Notes: generated by a model from the sequence alone, not told the origin. 64,000 nt of DNA from an uncultured Candidatus Saccharibacteria bacterium (GCA_964582295.1 CAZOQP010000001.1:9588-73587); one strand, 5' to 3'. Counted from the stretch's first letter, positions 28,455 through 38,849 are shown. Made by a program: numbers and translations.

Positions 28455-28570
28455 ATGTTTGAGAAGCTTACAGCGTATATCATACCCCTTCAAGTTATAC
28501 ACAAACATACATATACCAAGTTAAAGCGGGGCTATAATGGATGAGTACCATTATTATTTATCCGTAAAAT

Positions 28571-28759
28571 ATGAAACTTCACAAGATCGCATTCGTACTT
28601 CTCATTATCGGCGGTTTGAACTGGCTCCTGGAAGCCTTCGGATACGGCATCGGAAATTATGTTTCCGGCTCCGTCTCCCAGGTTATCTACATCCTCGTCG
28701 GAGTTGCCGCTATATACGAGATCTTCTCTCACAAAGCTCGCTGCAAAGAGTGCATGTAA
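28571..28759 (+). CDS. DUF378-family small membrane protein
   Basis: 62 aa. LIIGGLNWLLEAFGYGIGNYV matches DUF378. Followed by a terminator. Confidence 0.7.
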   Translation: MKLHKIAFVLLIIGGLNWLLEAFGYGIGNYVSGSVSQVIYILVGVAAIYEIFSHKARCKECM

Positions 28760-28782
28760 TATAAGGTTTCTGTGCATAAAAT

Positions 28783-28812
28783 AAACCCGCCAGCCAGCTG
28801 GCGGGTTTGTTT
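28783..28812. terminator. rho-independent terminator AAACCCGCCAGC-ca-GCTGGCGGGTTT + T-run
   Basis: Perfect 12-bp stem followed by GTTTTAT. A near-identical hairpin recurs at 63140. Confidence 0.75.
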
Positions 28813-30854
28813 TATGCCTGATGCTCTATATCTTTTTTCTTTTTCAAAGGGATACCGTGAGCCACAAGCATTTTTTCAAATTCCTCCCTTTCAATGGTTT
28901 CTTCATCCATTAATCGCTTTGCTACAGCGGCAAGGAGCTTGCTGTGTTTTTTGAGGACTTTTTCCGCCTGCTTCAGGGCATCTCTCATTATTGCGTCCAC
29001 TTCGGAATCAACAAGAGAAGCAACTCTTTCAGAATATTCCTCTTCCACACCGCGGCCCAAAAGCATTTTGCTCGGCTCAAGCGCCTGCGCACCGACTTTT
29101 TCAGACATTCCGTATTTAGTGACCATGTCGCGTGCGATAGCCGACGACACCTGAAGATCGTTCGATGGGCCGGTGGTAATATCGCCGAATATCATTTTCT
29201 CCGCCACGTATCCGCCAAGGCCCGTCGCGATGTCATCCAAAAATTCCCGGCGAGACTGAAGCCTCCTGTCTTCAAGCGGAAGCTTCAGTGTGTAGCCGCC
29301 TGCATGGCCGCGCGCGATTATGGATATCTTATGTACTGGATCGGCATACAAGAGAACAGATGAAACAATAGCGTGCCCCGCTTCGTGATAAGCGGTTATC
29401 TCTTTTTCTTTTTTGGAAAGAAGATGGCTCTTGCGTTCTGGCCCAAGCATCACTTTTTCAATTGAGCGAATGAGATCGTACTGGGAAACTTTGGAGCGGT
29501 CTTCACGCGCCGCAAGAATAGCGGCTTCGTTCATAAGAGAGTAAAGATCAGCGCCTGAAAATCCGGGGGTGCGCTCTGCCACCACTCCCAAATTCACATC
29601 TTCCGCGAAAGGCTTGGTGCGGGAATGTATTTTTAAAATGTCTTCGCGGTCATGCCTGTCCGGCAGATCAATGATGACGCGCCTGTCGAAGCGGCCTGGG
29701 CGGAGAAGTGCAGGGTCAAGAACATCGGGCCTATTGGTAGCCGCCATGACTATCACTTTCTCATTCGGCTCAAAGCCGTCCATTTCAACCAGGATCTGAT
29801 TCAGGGTCTGCTCGCGCTCGTCGTTGCCACCTCCGAGCCCCTGCCCCCTTGCGCGCCCCACCGCATCTATTTCATCTACGAAAACAATAGCCGGCGCCGC
29901 GCGCTTGGCCATCTGGAAAAGGTCACGCACGCGAGAAGCACCAACACCCACGAACATCTCCACAAATTCAGAACCGGATATGGAAAAGAAGGCCACATTG
30001 GCTTCCCCAGCCACGGCGCGGGCCAAAAGAGTTTTACCTGTGCCGGGCGCACCCATCAATATCACACCTTTGGGAATTTGCGCGCCGATATCCAGGAATT
30101 TTTTAGGATGGCGCAGGAAATCCACGATCTCCGAAAGCTCCTGCTTGGCTTCCTTAGCTCCCGCCACGTCCTTGAAAAGCACACGTTGCTTGGTGTCGTT
30201 GGGCGCGATTATTTTGGGCTTTGACTGACCGAAAGTGAATGCCTGCATACCACCCGCTTTTGCCTGTCGAGACAAGTACCAAAAAAAGAAAACTATGAAA
30301 ATGATAGGCAATGCAATAGGCAAAATATTCGCGAACCAAAACCAAAAGCCAGACTCCCCTTTTATTTCGAGTTCAACCGCCAAAAGTTTTTCTTTTGAGA
30401 CGCCGTAATCCGCAAGGGTTTCAAGAAGCGCTGCGCTCGGCTCCTTGGTGGTCACTTTTGATGTGCCATCTGCGAATTGCGCCGTTACTTCATTGCCTTT
30501 AACTGAAACAGAAATGACATTTCCGGTTTCTATCTCGCGCGCAAGCTCGGAGAGCGAAATTTTTTGGAGAGTGGCCGAAGATGAAAAAACTCCGGAGATG
30601 GCCATGAGCAAAAGGAAGATGACGACGATGGAAAGTACGTTCGCCCAGAAGCCCCCCTTTGGAATTTTGAAATTCTTTTTTATATTTTTCGGAAAATCCT
30701 TTCGCACCATCAGGCGTATTTTTTTTCTGGAGCCTGGAGGCATCTTGGACGGACTGTTTTCACCGTCCCTGTCATTAATCTTCTCGTTGTCGGCTGGCGC
30801 ACCTTTCTGTTTTTCTTTTTTGTTCGGAGGCATAGGTATTGATACTATACCCAT
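28812..30854 (-). CDS. ftsH: ATP-dependent zinc metalloprotease FtsH
   Basis: 680 aa with AAA+ Walker [12 protein letters not shown] and HEAGH zinc motif. Lys-rich N-terminal extension and 2 TM segments. Confidence 0.95.
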   Translation of the reverse strand: MGIVSIPMPPNKKEKQKGAPADNEKINDRDGENSPSKMPPGSRKKIRLMVRKDFPKNIKKNFKIPKGGFWANVLSIVVIFLLLMAISGVFSSSATLQKISLSELAREIETGNVISVSVKGNEVTAQFADGTSKVTTKEPSAALLETLADYGVSKEKLLAVELEIKGESGFWFWFANILPIALPIIFIVFFFWYLSRQAKAGGMQAFTFGQSKPKIIAPNDTKQRVLFKDVAGAKEAKQELSEIVDFLRHPKKFLDIGAQIPKGVILMGAPGTGKTLLARAVAGEANVAFFSISGSEFVEMFVGVGASRVRDLFQMAKRAAPAIVFVDEIDAVGRARGQGLGGGNDEREQTLNQILVEMDGFEPNEKVIVMAATNRPDVLDPALLRPGRFDRRVIIDLPDRHDREDILKIHSRTKPFAEDVNLGVVAERTPGFSGADLYSLMNEAAILAAREDRSKVSQYDLIRSIEKVMLGPERKSHLLSKKEKEITAYHEAGHAIVSSVLLYADPVHKISIIARGHAGGYTLKLPLEDRRLQSRREFLDDIATGLGGYVAEKMIFGDITTGPSNDLQVSSAIARDMVTKYGMSEKVGAQALEPSKMLLGRGVEEEYSERVASLVDSEVDAIMRDALKQAEKVLKKHSKLLAAVAKRLMDEETIEREEFEKMLVAHGIPLKKKKDIEHQA

Positions 30855-31328
30855 ATGACGAAAAAAAGCACGAACTCAAACAGCCATGCAAAACCTTACG
30901 CGGAAAACCGCAAGGCGTATTTCAATTACGAAATTCTGGAGGAAATAGAAGCCGGCTTAAAGCTCCTGGGATTTGAGGCAAAGGCGGTGAGGGCGGGCAA
31001 AATATCCCTGGCGGGTTCCTATGCGGCCGTGCGCGGCGGAGAGCTCTTTCTGGTAAATGCCCGTATAGAGCCCTATCAGCCCAAAAACACCCCTCCTGAA
31101 TACGAGCCACTGCGCTCCCGTGTCCTACTCGTCTCCAAAAAAGAAGCCACCCGGCTGGCCGGTTTTGAGGCCGCCCAGGGCTTGACATTGATACCCCTCT
31201 TGGTGTATAATAAAGGAAGCGTTATCAAGCTCCGGCTAGGTGTCGCCCGTGGAAAGAAAAAGGGCGACAAGCGTCAGACAATAAAGAAGCGCGAGGCCGA
31301 ACGCGAGATGCGCAGAACATTGAAATAA
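30855..31328 (+). CDS. smpB: SsrA-binding protein
   Basis: 157-aa SmpB fold with a basic C-terminal tail (GKKKGDKRQTIKKREAEREMRRTLK). Confidence 0.9.
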   Translation: MTKKSTNSNSHAKPYAENRKAYFNYEILEEIEAGLKLLGFEAKAVRAGKISLAGSYAAVRGGELFLVNARIEPYQPKNTPPEYEPLRSRVLLVSKKEATRLAGFEAAQGLTLIPLLVYNKGSVIKLRLGVARGKKKGDKRQTIKKREAEREMRRTLK

Positions 31329-31343
31329 GAACGGTTTTCATAC

Positions 31344-31725
31344 GGGGGTGAAAGGTATCGACAAGATGCCTTCTCCGAAAGATGCGGGAGAGAGTGGAAC
31401 CTCTTTAACTTCCAAAAACCTAACTGCAAAAAACGCGGTAGCACAAGTCTCTCCGTATTTTACGGAGAATGACTTCCAGTTCGCATTCGCTCGCGCTTAA
31501 TTGCGCGACCGTGCGACAGATTACTTCACGACGCCTCTGGTGGAGTAAGCTGGCTTTATGAGGCACCTCTTCTCTTCGTGGCCCATGAGGAGAAGAAAAA
31601 CAGGGCTTGGGTAATGAGCGCTTTGTCAGTTTGTGGCTCATTACCGACAATTCAAATTGACTATCTTTCGTAGATTCATTCGGAAAAACATCTTGCACGG
31701 GATTTCAATATCCCCACCTCCACCA
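31344..31725 (+). ncRNA. ssrA: tmRNA (transfer-messenger RNA)
   Basis: Immediately 3' of smpB. The 5' end GGGGGUG pairs with the 3' end CACCUCC-A-CCA, including the G3:U70 Ala identity wobble. T-arm-like GGGAUUUCAAUAUCCC. Internal reading frame ending ...ENDFQFAFARA-TAA (about 31470-31500). Length 382 nt. Confidence 0.8.
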
Positions 31726-32313
31726 TTAACTGCTCAGACCCTCAATAGCTTCAATAACTTGAGGCAGTTCTTTTGTATTGGATTCATCATTCAAATGTGC
31801 TCCTGATTCGAGGATGATGACTTTCGAACCCAGCTTTTCTTGATAAAACTCAGCATTCTTCACATCAACAAAAGGATCATCCTTGGTAAAAATAGCCACA
31901 GACTTATGGCAAATAGTTCTGACCTTTTGAAAATCGATTGGAGTTTCGAGCCATGGTAATGCCGCCTGCCTATCTTTCTCTTCATAATCATCAAGGCCTT
32001 TCAAGGTAAGCCACCCAGCTACATACACTATTCCTCCTATCCTCGTTTCCGGCGATAAAGTTTCTAAATATCTATCAATGCTCTGGCATCCAATGCTATG
32101 ACCAATGAAATAAGTATCCTCGTCGGGCTGGCCAACCACATCCTGAATGACATTCAGTCTTCCTTCAATTGTAGGTTGTTCTCTTCCATATGCGTCTGGC
32201 ATAGTCGGAATATAAACTTCAAAACCTCTTTGTTCCAATTCTTTTTTTGCCCAAGGGAACCATCCTTCATCTGGATTTCCTGCCCATCCGTGAATGATAA
32301 AAGCTTTTTTCAT
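31726..32313 (-). CDS. alpha/beta hydrolase (YdeN/RBBP9-like serine hydrolase)
   Basis: 195 aa with GHSIG nucleophile elbow. Confidence 0.75.
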   Translation of the reverse strand: MKKAFIIHGWAGNPDEGWFPWAKKELEQRGFEVYIPTMPDAYGREQPTIEGRLNVIQDVVGQPDEDTYFIGHSIGCQSIDRYLETLSPETRIGGIVYVAGWLTLKGLDDYEEKDRQAALPWLETPIDFQKVRTICHKSVAIFTKDDPFVDVKNAEFYQEKLGSKVIILESGAHLNDESNTKELPQVIEAIEGLSS

Positions 32314-32374
32314 ATTTAGATACTAACATCAAATTTTTGAAGTATAATCAGTAAACAAGTTAACAAAATAAAAC

Positions 32375-32755
32375 ATGACAGCTATAGAAACAATTGCTCT
32401 GGTGCTAGTGATAGTGTCCGCACTCAAGATAATTTTTCTTCTTGTGCGCCCCAGTGCTTGGTTCAACACCGTCGGAAAATTATGGGCGAAGCCGGGAATC
32501 TTTACTGCGGTATCTTTAGTTTTGGGTGTAATAGTTTTGCGCTACCTTCTAGTTGAACTCACTATCGTGCAGGTATTCGCGGTCTTTGCGTTTACAGCCC
32601 TCTTCTACTGGGTTGCTCTCGCACCTTACAGACAGGAGCTTTACGATATGGCAAGAAGAAAGATGGAAAACGGAAGCATTATAAAAACAAACTGGCTCGC
32701 CACTATCATCTGGATAGTCTTGGCAGTCTGGGTTCTCAAAGAAATATTCGCTTAG
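32375..32755 (+). CDS. hypothetical membrane protein (4 TM)
   Basis: 126-aa hydrophobic ORF followed by terminator 32764-32793. Confidence 0.55.
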   Translation: MTAIETIALVLVIVSALKIIFLLVRPSAWFNTVGKLWAKPGIFTAVSLVLGVIVLRYLLVELTIVQVFAVFAFTALFYWVALAPYRQELYDMARRKMENGSIIKTNWLATIIWIVLAVWVLKEIFA

Positions 32756-32763
32756 TCATTCAC

Positions 32764-32793
32764 TAAAAACCCCACTGCATGCAGTGGGGTTTT
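32764..32793 (+). terminator. rho-independent terminator AAAAACCCCACTGCATGCAGTGGGGTTTTT
   Basis: Perfect palindrome with a T-tract. Confidence 0.75.
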
Positions 32794-32858
32794 TGCATTG
32801 CATTTCCTACTCCGCTGGGTAGGATGCATAGAGATAAAAAGCGTTTCAATCATCTGCC

Positions 32859-33161
32859 TTGGAGGTATTCATTATGAACGCCCGCAAAGTTCTTGAAGTA
32901 CTTGTGCTATACCGCTTGAAGTTTATAGACCTCGAGGTAGGCAAGATAGACTATCCTCACGCAGAGTTTCTGCCACTTCAAGGATTGCGTAATCTTGCTC
33001 TGGCCCATTGTCATGGCATGATAAGCCAGATTGAGGATTTCGTAGCCACCGACCGCATGGAGAAAGTTTTCCGCTGGCTCGGATTTATCCAAGGAGTGCT
33101 CTGGGTATTACGTGTCTATACGCTCGAAGAACTGAAGAGTCATAACCGCCCTGCTGAATAA
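32859..33161 (+). CDS. hypothetical protein
   Basis: 100-aa ORF with no recognisable domain. Confidence 0.4.
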   Translation: MEVFIMNARKVLEVLVLYRLKFIDLEVGKIDYPHAEFLPLQGLRNLALAHCHGMISQIEDFVATDRMEKVFRWLGFIQGVLWVLRVYTLEELKSHNRPAE

Positions 33162-33201
33162 GCAGGGCTTCACTTTCTCACGTACTTTCTGTCTAGAAAA
33201 C

Positions 33202-34323
33202 TTATTTAGTGCTCAAATAAACCTCGTCGAACCAGAAGTAGTCGTTCTGTTTTTTAGAATCGTTAACACCGCCCCATGTGGGGCTCAATTTATATTCTGC
33301 AATAGTCGCACCCGGTGGGAATTTAACATCTGAATAACTTCCCACAAGCACGCCATCAAGCCACCACTTTATAACGCCTTTAGTATTGTCTTCGGATATC
33401 TCTATCAGCCATTCAATGCGGTGCCAGTCGCCAAAACTTATGACACCTAAAGACATGTTCGGCTTAAGCCAACAGCGCTCATCCCCTCCGGCTGTTTTGA
33501 ATTGCAGACATACACGAAGCTCATAAGGGCCGCCTGGAGAGCCGTAGGTAGTGAGATAAATATCGCTGTTCTCGGAAAGAAAGATGAATTCCAGTTTGTT
33601 CACATTGCTTTCGTGTCCCTGCCAGCCGGCATTTGCCTTCCACCATGTGCCCATGAAAAGATTTTTCTTGCCGTCTACAGGATAAAAAGCTGTGGCCGGA
33701 GCGGAACCTCCCCCAAATCCTTGCGGATAAAGAACAGAAAAAACTTTAGAATCAGAGGCGGGAGCTGAGGGGTCGGAAGCACTCGTGCCATTGCCTTTGC
33801 TATTCCAAAGTATCCGCCAGCCATCAGAAATCGGAAGATTCTCGCCAGCAGGAATATTTGCACTAAATGTCTGAAGCGAGAGCAAAGAGTAGCCAGCCGG
33901 CTCGTTTGGCCAGGCGCTAGAAGGTTCAGGAGGTTTTGGGGGAATTACTGGCTCCGGCTCTGGTCCGGCCGGAGGCGTAGCCGAAGGTTCCGAGCTTGTC
34001 GAGGAATCAGATTCTGGTGTAGGAGCGGGCTCTGAAATTTTCGGCTGGATAACGGGTTGAGAGATAACCGTAGGTTGGATAACGGATTGAGAAACAACCT
34101 TAGGAACGGGCGAACTCGCAATTCCCACGCCGCTGTCTTTCTGTTCAACTGGTTTGGCTACTGGAGCAAGTTTTGTAACGATTTCCGGAATAACTTCTGG
34201 TTCCGGTAAAGAAGGGATAGGTTCTTCAGGGACGACTCGTGCAAACGCCGATAAAAGCGCCACGCTCATACTTATAGACACCAATGTGATGATAGAGAAC
34301 CTTGAAAACATCAAGGGCCACAT
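33202..34323 (-). CDS. secreted protein with signal anchor, Pro/Ser-rich linker and C-terminal beta-rich domain
   Basis: 373 aa with an N-terminal hydrophobic signal. PEPEVIPE...QPVIQPKISEPAPTPE repeats. C-terminal WGG-containing domain of unknown function. Confidence 0.65.
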   Translation of the reverse strand: MWPLMFSRFSIITLVSISMSVALLSAFARVVPEEPIPSLPEPEVIPEIVTKLAPVAKPVEQKDSGVGIASSPVPKVVSQSVIQPTVISQPVIQPKISEPAPTPESDSSTSSEPSATPPAGPEPEPVIPPKPPEPSSAWPNEPAGYSLLSLQTFSANIPAGENLPISDGWRILWNSKGNGTSASDPSAPASDSKVFSVLYPQGFGGGSAPATAFYPVDGKKNLFMGTWWKANAGWQGHESNVNKLEFIFLSENSDIYLTTYGSPGGPYELRVCLQFKTAGGDERCWLKPNMSLGVISFGDWHRIEWLIEISEDNTKGVIKWWLDGVLVGSYSDVKFPPGATIAEYKLSPTWGGVNDSKKQNDYFWFDEVYLSTK

Positions 34324-34358
34324 CCTACCACGGGGTGTTATCTTGACACTACCGAAAT

Positions 34359-35762
34359 TTATTTTGCTGATTTTTTAGCCAAACGGTATTCGCAAAAGGC
34401 CATGCCGGTTATAGCGCACAGGGCACCAAGGACGAAGCCGGCAAAGACATCGCTTGCATAGTGGACGCCCAGATAAACACGGCTTATGCCGATTAGAAAT
34501 ATGAGAACAGCAAAAATAATAGTGCTCCAGATCTTCACCTGCACATTCTTAACGGTGCGGATGATTATGTAAATGAGAAACCCATACAAGGCCATGGAAA
34601 GAGTGGCGTGGCCGCTCGGGAAAGAAAAAGATGTTTCTTCTACAAGCATCTGAAGCGGACGTGAACGCCCTACCAGCTGCTTGCCCAAAAGATTGAAAGC
34701 TTCAGCGAAAGCCAGAACCCCGGCAAAAGGAATGACAAGAGAAAGGTGTTTCCGCATGAAAAGATAAACGATGGCAACGGCGGCAACCGACGGCACCCAC
34801 ACTTCCCCGCCGAGATTCGTAATGAATATAAAAAATGAAGTCACTGCAGGATGGTGGAAACCGGCAGAGAAATTGAGTAGGCGCTCGTCAACGCCGGTGA
34901 CGGCCCCCAGCTTCAGCACTTTTTCGGTAACACCTGCCAAAATAAAGACCAGAGACAGGAATAACAGAATGAAAAATGTGAGAGGTAATCCGCTGAATGT
35001 ATGCCTTTTAAAACGGCCAGATACGAAAGATATTGTGCGGGGGTGGCTTGAAAACAAGCGGGATATATAAGTATTGGAGATAAATACATTTACCAAGGCA
35101 GCGCTTTTTGCATTCAGAAACCCTGTAAGCTTTTGTCGATGCTGTACTGCAACCATAAGGAGTATGATCGCCCCCACCAGAATAAGAAGCGCTACCCCTG
35201 CAAAAGGAGACCACTTTTCAATAGCTTCAAGAGATGTGCCGAAGAAATATCCGAGAGTGAGATGGAATGTAACCCATACAAAAGCACTTCCAACATTCCA
35301 AGCCTGGAAACGTCGCTTATCCATGTGGGAAATCCCCGCAATGAAAGGGATGATGGGGCGAAGAGGGCCAGTGAAGCGACCAAGAAGAATACTTTTGTCT
35401 CCGTAAGTTGAGAAGAATTTTTTGCCACGTTCAAGATTTTTCTCATTGAGCCACCTGCTGCCCGGCTTAAAGAAACGTGCGCTCTTGGTGCCGACAAAAT
35501 AACTCACACTGTCTCCTATGATGCCGCCCGCGGCCGCTGCCAAAACAAGAAGGCCGAAATTGTAGTAGCCGTGGGCGGCCAAAAACCCCGCAAAAATAAT
35601 TCCCACAGACCCCGGAATGAAGGAGCCAAAAATAATAAGGGATTCAACAAGAGCGATCAGGAATAAAGCTCCGTATCCCCATGCTCCAAGATGCGCAAGG
35701 GGCGCTGCCGTCGCAAAGATGAATTTAATGATAAGCGCCCCCAACTGTTCCATTACTTCCAA
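34359..35762 (-). CDS. DedA-family membrane protein fused to PAP2 (type 2 phosphatidic acid phosphatase) domain
   Basis: N-terminal DedA/SNARE-associated region (VESLIIFGSFIPG...GGIIGDSVSYFVG). C-terminal PAP2 motifs (PSGHA...SRVYLGVHYASDV). Confidence 0.8.
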   Translation of the reverse strand: MEVMEQLGALIIKFIFATAAPLAHLGAWGYGALFLIALVESLIIFGSFIPGSVGIIFAGFLAAHGYYNFGLLVLAAAAGGIIGDSVSYFVGTKSARFFKPGSRWLNEKNLERGKKFFSTYGDKSILLGRFTGPLRPIIPFIAGISHMDKRRFQAWNVGSAFVWVTFHLTLGYFFGTSLEAIEKWSPFAGVALLILVGAIILLMVAVQHRQKLTGFLNAKSAALVNVFISNTYISRLFSSHPRTISFVSGRFKRHTFSGLPLTFFILLFLSLVFILAGVTEKVLKLGAVTGVDERLLNFSAGFHHPAVTSFFIFITNLGGEVWVPSVAAVAIVYLFMRKHLSLVIPFAGVLAFAEAFNLLGKQLVGRSRPLQMLVEETSFSFPSGHATLSMALYGFLIYIIIRTVKNVQVKIWSTIIFAVLIFLIGISRVYLGVHYASDVFAGFVLGALCAITGMAFCEYRLAKKSAK

Positions 35763-35826
35763 TGTACGCCATCACAAGATTTATAACAATAAGAGATGTG
35801 CCGGCATTTGATACAATAGCTCTTAC

Positions 35827-36972
35827 GTGAAAACGGGCGAAAAACAAATGAGACGAACCCCCGCAGCAATATTGGCCGCCCTATTCTTCTGCGCTCTTAT
35901 TGGCCCTGCACCCCTTGCAGAGGCCCAGGAGCTTCACCAGGACCTGGTGAGCGTTTACCGAGGCACAGTGGTTGAGGTGGTATCAGAAACGACAGACCCC
36001 CTCCCCGGCACCGAGCTCATCACTACTGTTCAGGAATTGAAAATCCTCCTTAAAGAAGGCCCGCGAAAAGGCGAGATAGTTGATGTGGTCAACGATTACG
36101 CGGTTTTCAAAAAAGGCAGCCCTGTGTATGTGAATTATCTTAAAACTATTGACGGGCGCGAGATAATTTCCATCCGGGATGCCGACAGAACATTTCCCCT
36201 TTTATTATTCACGGCCCTTTTCTGTGCCGCAGTTATTTATTTCGGAGGAAAGCAGGGCTTAAGAGCGCTCATTGCCCTGATTGGCAGCATTCTTGCAATA
36301 ATTTTCATATTGGTGCCAGCGCTCCTTAAAGGCGTGCAGGTGGAAGTCATAACTTTCTTCATCGGCGCCGGCATCCTGGCCGCTGCCATCTTCATGACAC
36401 ACGGCCTCAAGCGCCTTTCGGTTGTCGCATACCTCGGCACTATTTTTTCTGTTTTCTTTACGATCATCCTTGCTCACATTGCCGTGGTAGCAACAACCCT
36501 TATGGGATTCGGTTCGGATACGAGTGTGTTCCTTAACATGGCAACATTTGGAACTATAGATGCGCGGGGTATTCTTTTAAGCGGAATTATAATCGGCGTA
36601 CTTGGAGTGCTTGACGACGTAGCTGTTACCCAGGCGGCAGTGGTGAACGAAATAAAAGCCCTTCATCCGACGCTTCCCCGCAAAGAGGTTTTCTTCCGTG
36701 CAATGAGAGTGGGGCGAGAACACGCGGGTGCACTAGTGAACACGCTTTCATTTGCCTACGCAGGTACGGCCCTTCCCCTTCTTCTTTTGTTTGCCACGGG
36801 AGATGCACCACTTCGCCTGATACTTTCCGGAGAAAATGTGGCAACTGAAATAATCCGCACACTGGTCGGCGGCATGGGTCTCATCCTCACGGTGCCTATC
36901 ACTACTTATCTTGCAGTGAAATATCTTTCAGGGAGTTCAAAAGAAGGCGCACATCACCACCATGCACACTGA
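35827..36972 (+). CDS. YibE/F-family membrane protein
   Basis: 381 aa with a signal, a periplasmic domain, a polytopic C-terminus and a His-rich tail. Confidence 0.65.
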   Translation: MKTGEKQMRRTPAAILAALFFCALIGPAPLAEAQELHQDLVSVYRGTVVEVVSETTDPLPGTELITTVQELKILLKEGPRKGEIVDVVNDYAVFKKGSPVYVNYLKTIDGREIISIRDADRTFPLLLFTALFCAAVIYFGGKQGLRALIALIGSILAIIFILVPALLKGVQVEVITFFIGAGILAAAIFMTHGLKRLSVVAYLGTIFSVFFTIILAHIAVVATTLMGFGSDTSVFLNMATFGTIDARGILLSGIIIGVLGVLDDVAVTQAAVVNEIKALHPTLPRKEVFFRAMRVGREHAGALVNTLSFAYAGTALPLLLLFATGDAPLRLILSGENVATEIIRTLVGGMGLILTVPITTYLAVKYLSGSSKEGAHHHHAH

Positions 36973-38044
36973 CTGGCAATTTTTTCTTAAATCGGACGAT
37001 GCATGGACTGCGATGAAAGACGCGTGCAGAGACGCGCAGAAAGAAATCCTGTGCGAGCAATACATATTGAGCAATGACGAGGCAGGCAAGGAATTCATAG
37101 AGATCCTCACGGAAAAGGCCAGGAGCGGCGTGGGTGTGCAAGTGATACTGGATATGGTGGGCTCGGCGCTTTACGGATTTTATTTTGACGAAACGCTCAT
37201 ATCAAAGATGCGTGATGCGGGCGTACAGCTTGTTTTTTGGAACCCGATAAAATTCTTTAGAGTGGACACGTTCTTCTCGTGGTTTTTCCGCGATCACAGG
37301 AAGCTTATGGTGGTTGACGGTTTACATGGCTTCGTGGGAGGCGTTGGCTTCCGTGCTGATATGCGCGAATGGAGGGACACGCATCTCAAGGTGGCGGGGC
37401 CAGTGGTAGAGGAAATGCGCCATGCATTTTTTGAAATGTGGGCGCTCGCGCATGAAAAGCGCTTCTTCCGCCGCTTGCACAAACGCAAATTCTTTTCACG
37501 GGGCTTCCAGTTTGTGACGAACTCGCCGTCCCTTCACAAAAGATTCCTTTACAACACCATCATTTACGAACTAGCAGCCGCCAAAGAGCGCGTACTTCTG
37601 ACCACTCCATATTTTATTCCAGACAGAAAAATGATGCGCCAGCTTCGTTTGGCCGCTCTCCGTGGAGCAAGGGTGGAAATACTGGTACCTAAAAAATCCA
37701 ATCACCCATGGGTGGACAGAGCCAGCCGTTCGGCATGGGGCAAACTTTTAAAAAGCGGAGCGCATATATATGCATATGAGGGCAATATGATACACGCCAA
37801 GTCGCTCGTGGTGGATGATGCTTTCGCGACGGTCGGCAGTTTCAATTTTGATTCACTTTCCTTCAATTTTAATTACGAGGCCAATGTAGTTTCCCACCAG
37901 CCGCTTTTCGTGGATCAGGTGGCGGCCTATTTTGAAGAAGACCGCTCAAAGGCCTCACACATCGCACTTCATGAATGGAAGAAAAGGTCTCTTAGGGAAA
38001 AAGTAGGAGAAATACTTATCGCTCCTTTCCGTCGGCTATTGTAA
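36962..38044 (+). CDS. cls: phospholipase D / cardiolipin synthase family protein
   Basis: Two HKD motifs (HRKLMVVDG, HAKSLVVDD). Confidence 0.85.
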   Translation: MHTDWQFFLKSDDAWTAMKDACRDAQKEILCEQYILSNDEAGKEFIEILTEKARSGVGVQVILDMVGSALYGFYFDETLISKMRDAGVQLVFWNPIKFFRVDTFFSWFFRDHRKLMVVDGLHGFVGGVGFRADMREWRDTHLKVAGPVVEEMRHAFFEMWALAHEKRFFRRLHKRKFFSRGFQFVTNSPSLHKRFLYNTIIYELAAAKERVLLTTPYFIPDRKMMRQLRLAALRGARVEILVPKKSNHPWVDRASRSAWGKLLKSGAHIYAYEGNMIHAKSLVVDDAFATVGSFNFDSLSFNFNYEANVVSHQPLFVDQVAAYFEEDRSKASHIALHEWKKRSLREKVGEILIAPFRRLL

Positions 38045-38087
38045 AGAGGAGAGCCTCATGTTATATAATGCATAAACAAATACGACC

Positions 38088-38612
38088 TTGAGCGAAAGAC
38101 TCCGCATTAATCATCAGATACAGGCGCCCAAACTCCGCGTCATTGGCCTCCAGGGGGAAAACTTCGGAGTACTTTCGCGTATGGATGCTTTGGCAAAAGC
38201 GGCAGAATTCGGCTCCGACCTCATAGAGATATCTCCCAACGCAGAGCCACCCATTGCAAAGGTGATGGATTACGGAAAATACCAGTATATGGAGGCAAAG
38301 AAGCACAAGAATGCCAAAGGTAAATCCCATATCACGGAAATGAAGACTGTCCAGATACGCCTCGGCACTGGAGAAAATGACCTTAGTTTGAAGGCCAAGA
38401 AAGTTTCCGAATGGATAAAGGAGGGGCACCGCGTGAAGATAGATCTTTTCCTGCCCGGCCGCGCTAAATATTTGGATGAGAAATTTTTGAGGGAAAGGAT
38501 AGAGCGCTTCCTTCTCCTAGTAACTGAAAGCTTCAATGTGACAGATACACCAAAGAAAAGCCCTAAGGGCATGACTGTGGTGGTGGAAAAGGCGGTCAAG
38601 AAAGCCGGATAG
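38088..38612 (+). CDS. infC: translation initiation factor IF-3
   Basis: 174-aa IF3 N- and C-domains with a non-ATG (TTG) start, as is common for infC. Followed by rpmI-rplT. Confidence 0.9.
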   Translation: MSERLRINHQIQAPKLRVIGLQGENFGVLSRMDALAKAAEFGSDLIEISPNAEPPIAKVMDYGKYQYMEAKKHKNAKGKSHITEMKTVQIRLGTGENDLSLKAKKVSEWIKEGHRVKIDLFLPGRAKYLDEKFLRERIERFLLLVTESFNVTDTPKKSPKGMTVVVEKAVKKAG

Positions 38613-38645
38613 ACAATCGGCCCTAAATTCGTATAATGGCTGGCT

Positions 38646-38843
38646 ATGTCCATAAAGACCAATAAGTCTTACAGCAAGCGCATAAAAGCTACCCGCAGGG
38701 GCAAGCTTGTGGCACGCCGCCCGGGCCAGGATCACTTCAATGCCAAGGAGTCACGCCGGGGCCAGCTCAATAAAAAGAGGACCGCTTCTTTCACTATTTC
38801 AAACAAAGCCGCTAGCCGATTTTTGAGGAACATCAAGAAATAA
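38646..38843 (+). CDS. rpmI: 50S ribosomal protein L35
   Basis: 65-aa basic protein in the infC-rpmI-rplT arrangement. Confidence 0.9.
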   Translation: MSIKTNKSYSKRIKATRRGKLVARRPGQDHFNAKESRRGQLNKKRTASFTISNKAASRFLRNIKK

Positions 38844-38849
38844 ACCCCC

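Noticed and set aside
31420-31698. 92-aa minus-strand ORF.
   Set aside because: It lies entirely within the tmRNA gene predicted on the plus strand.
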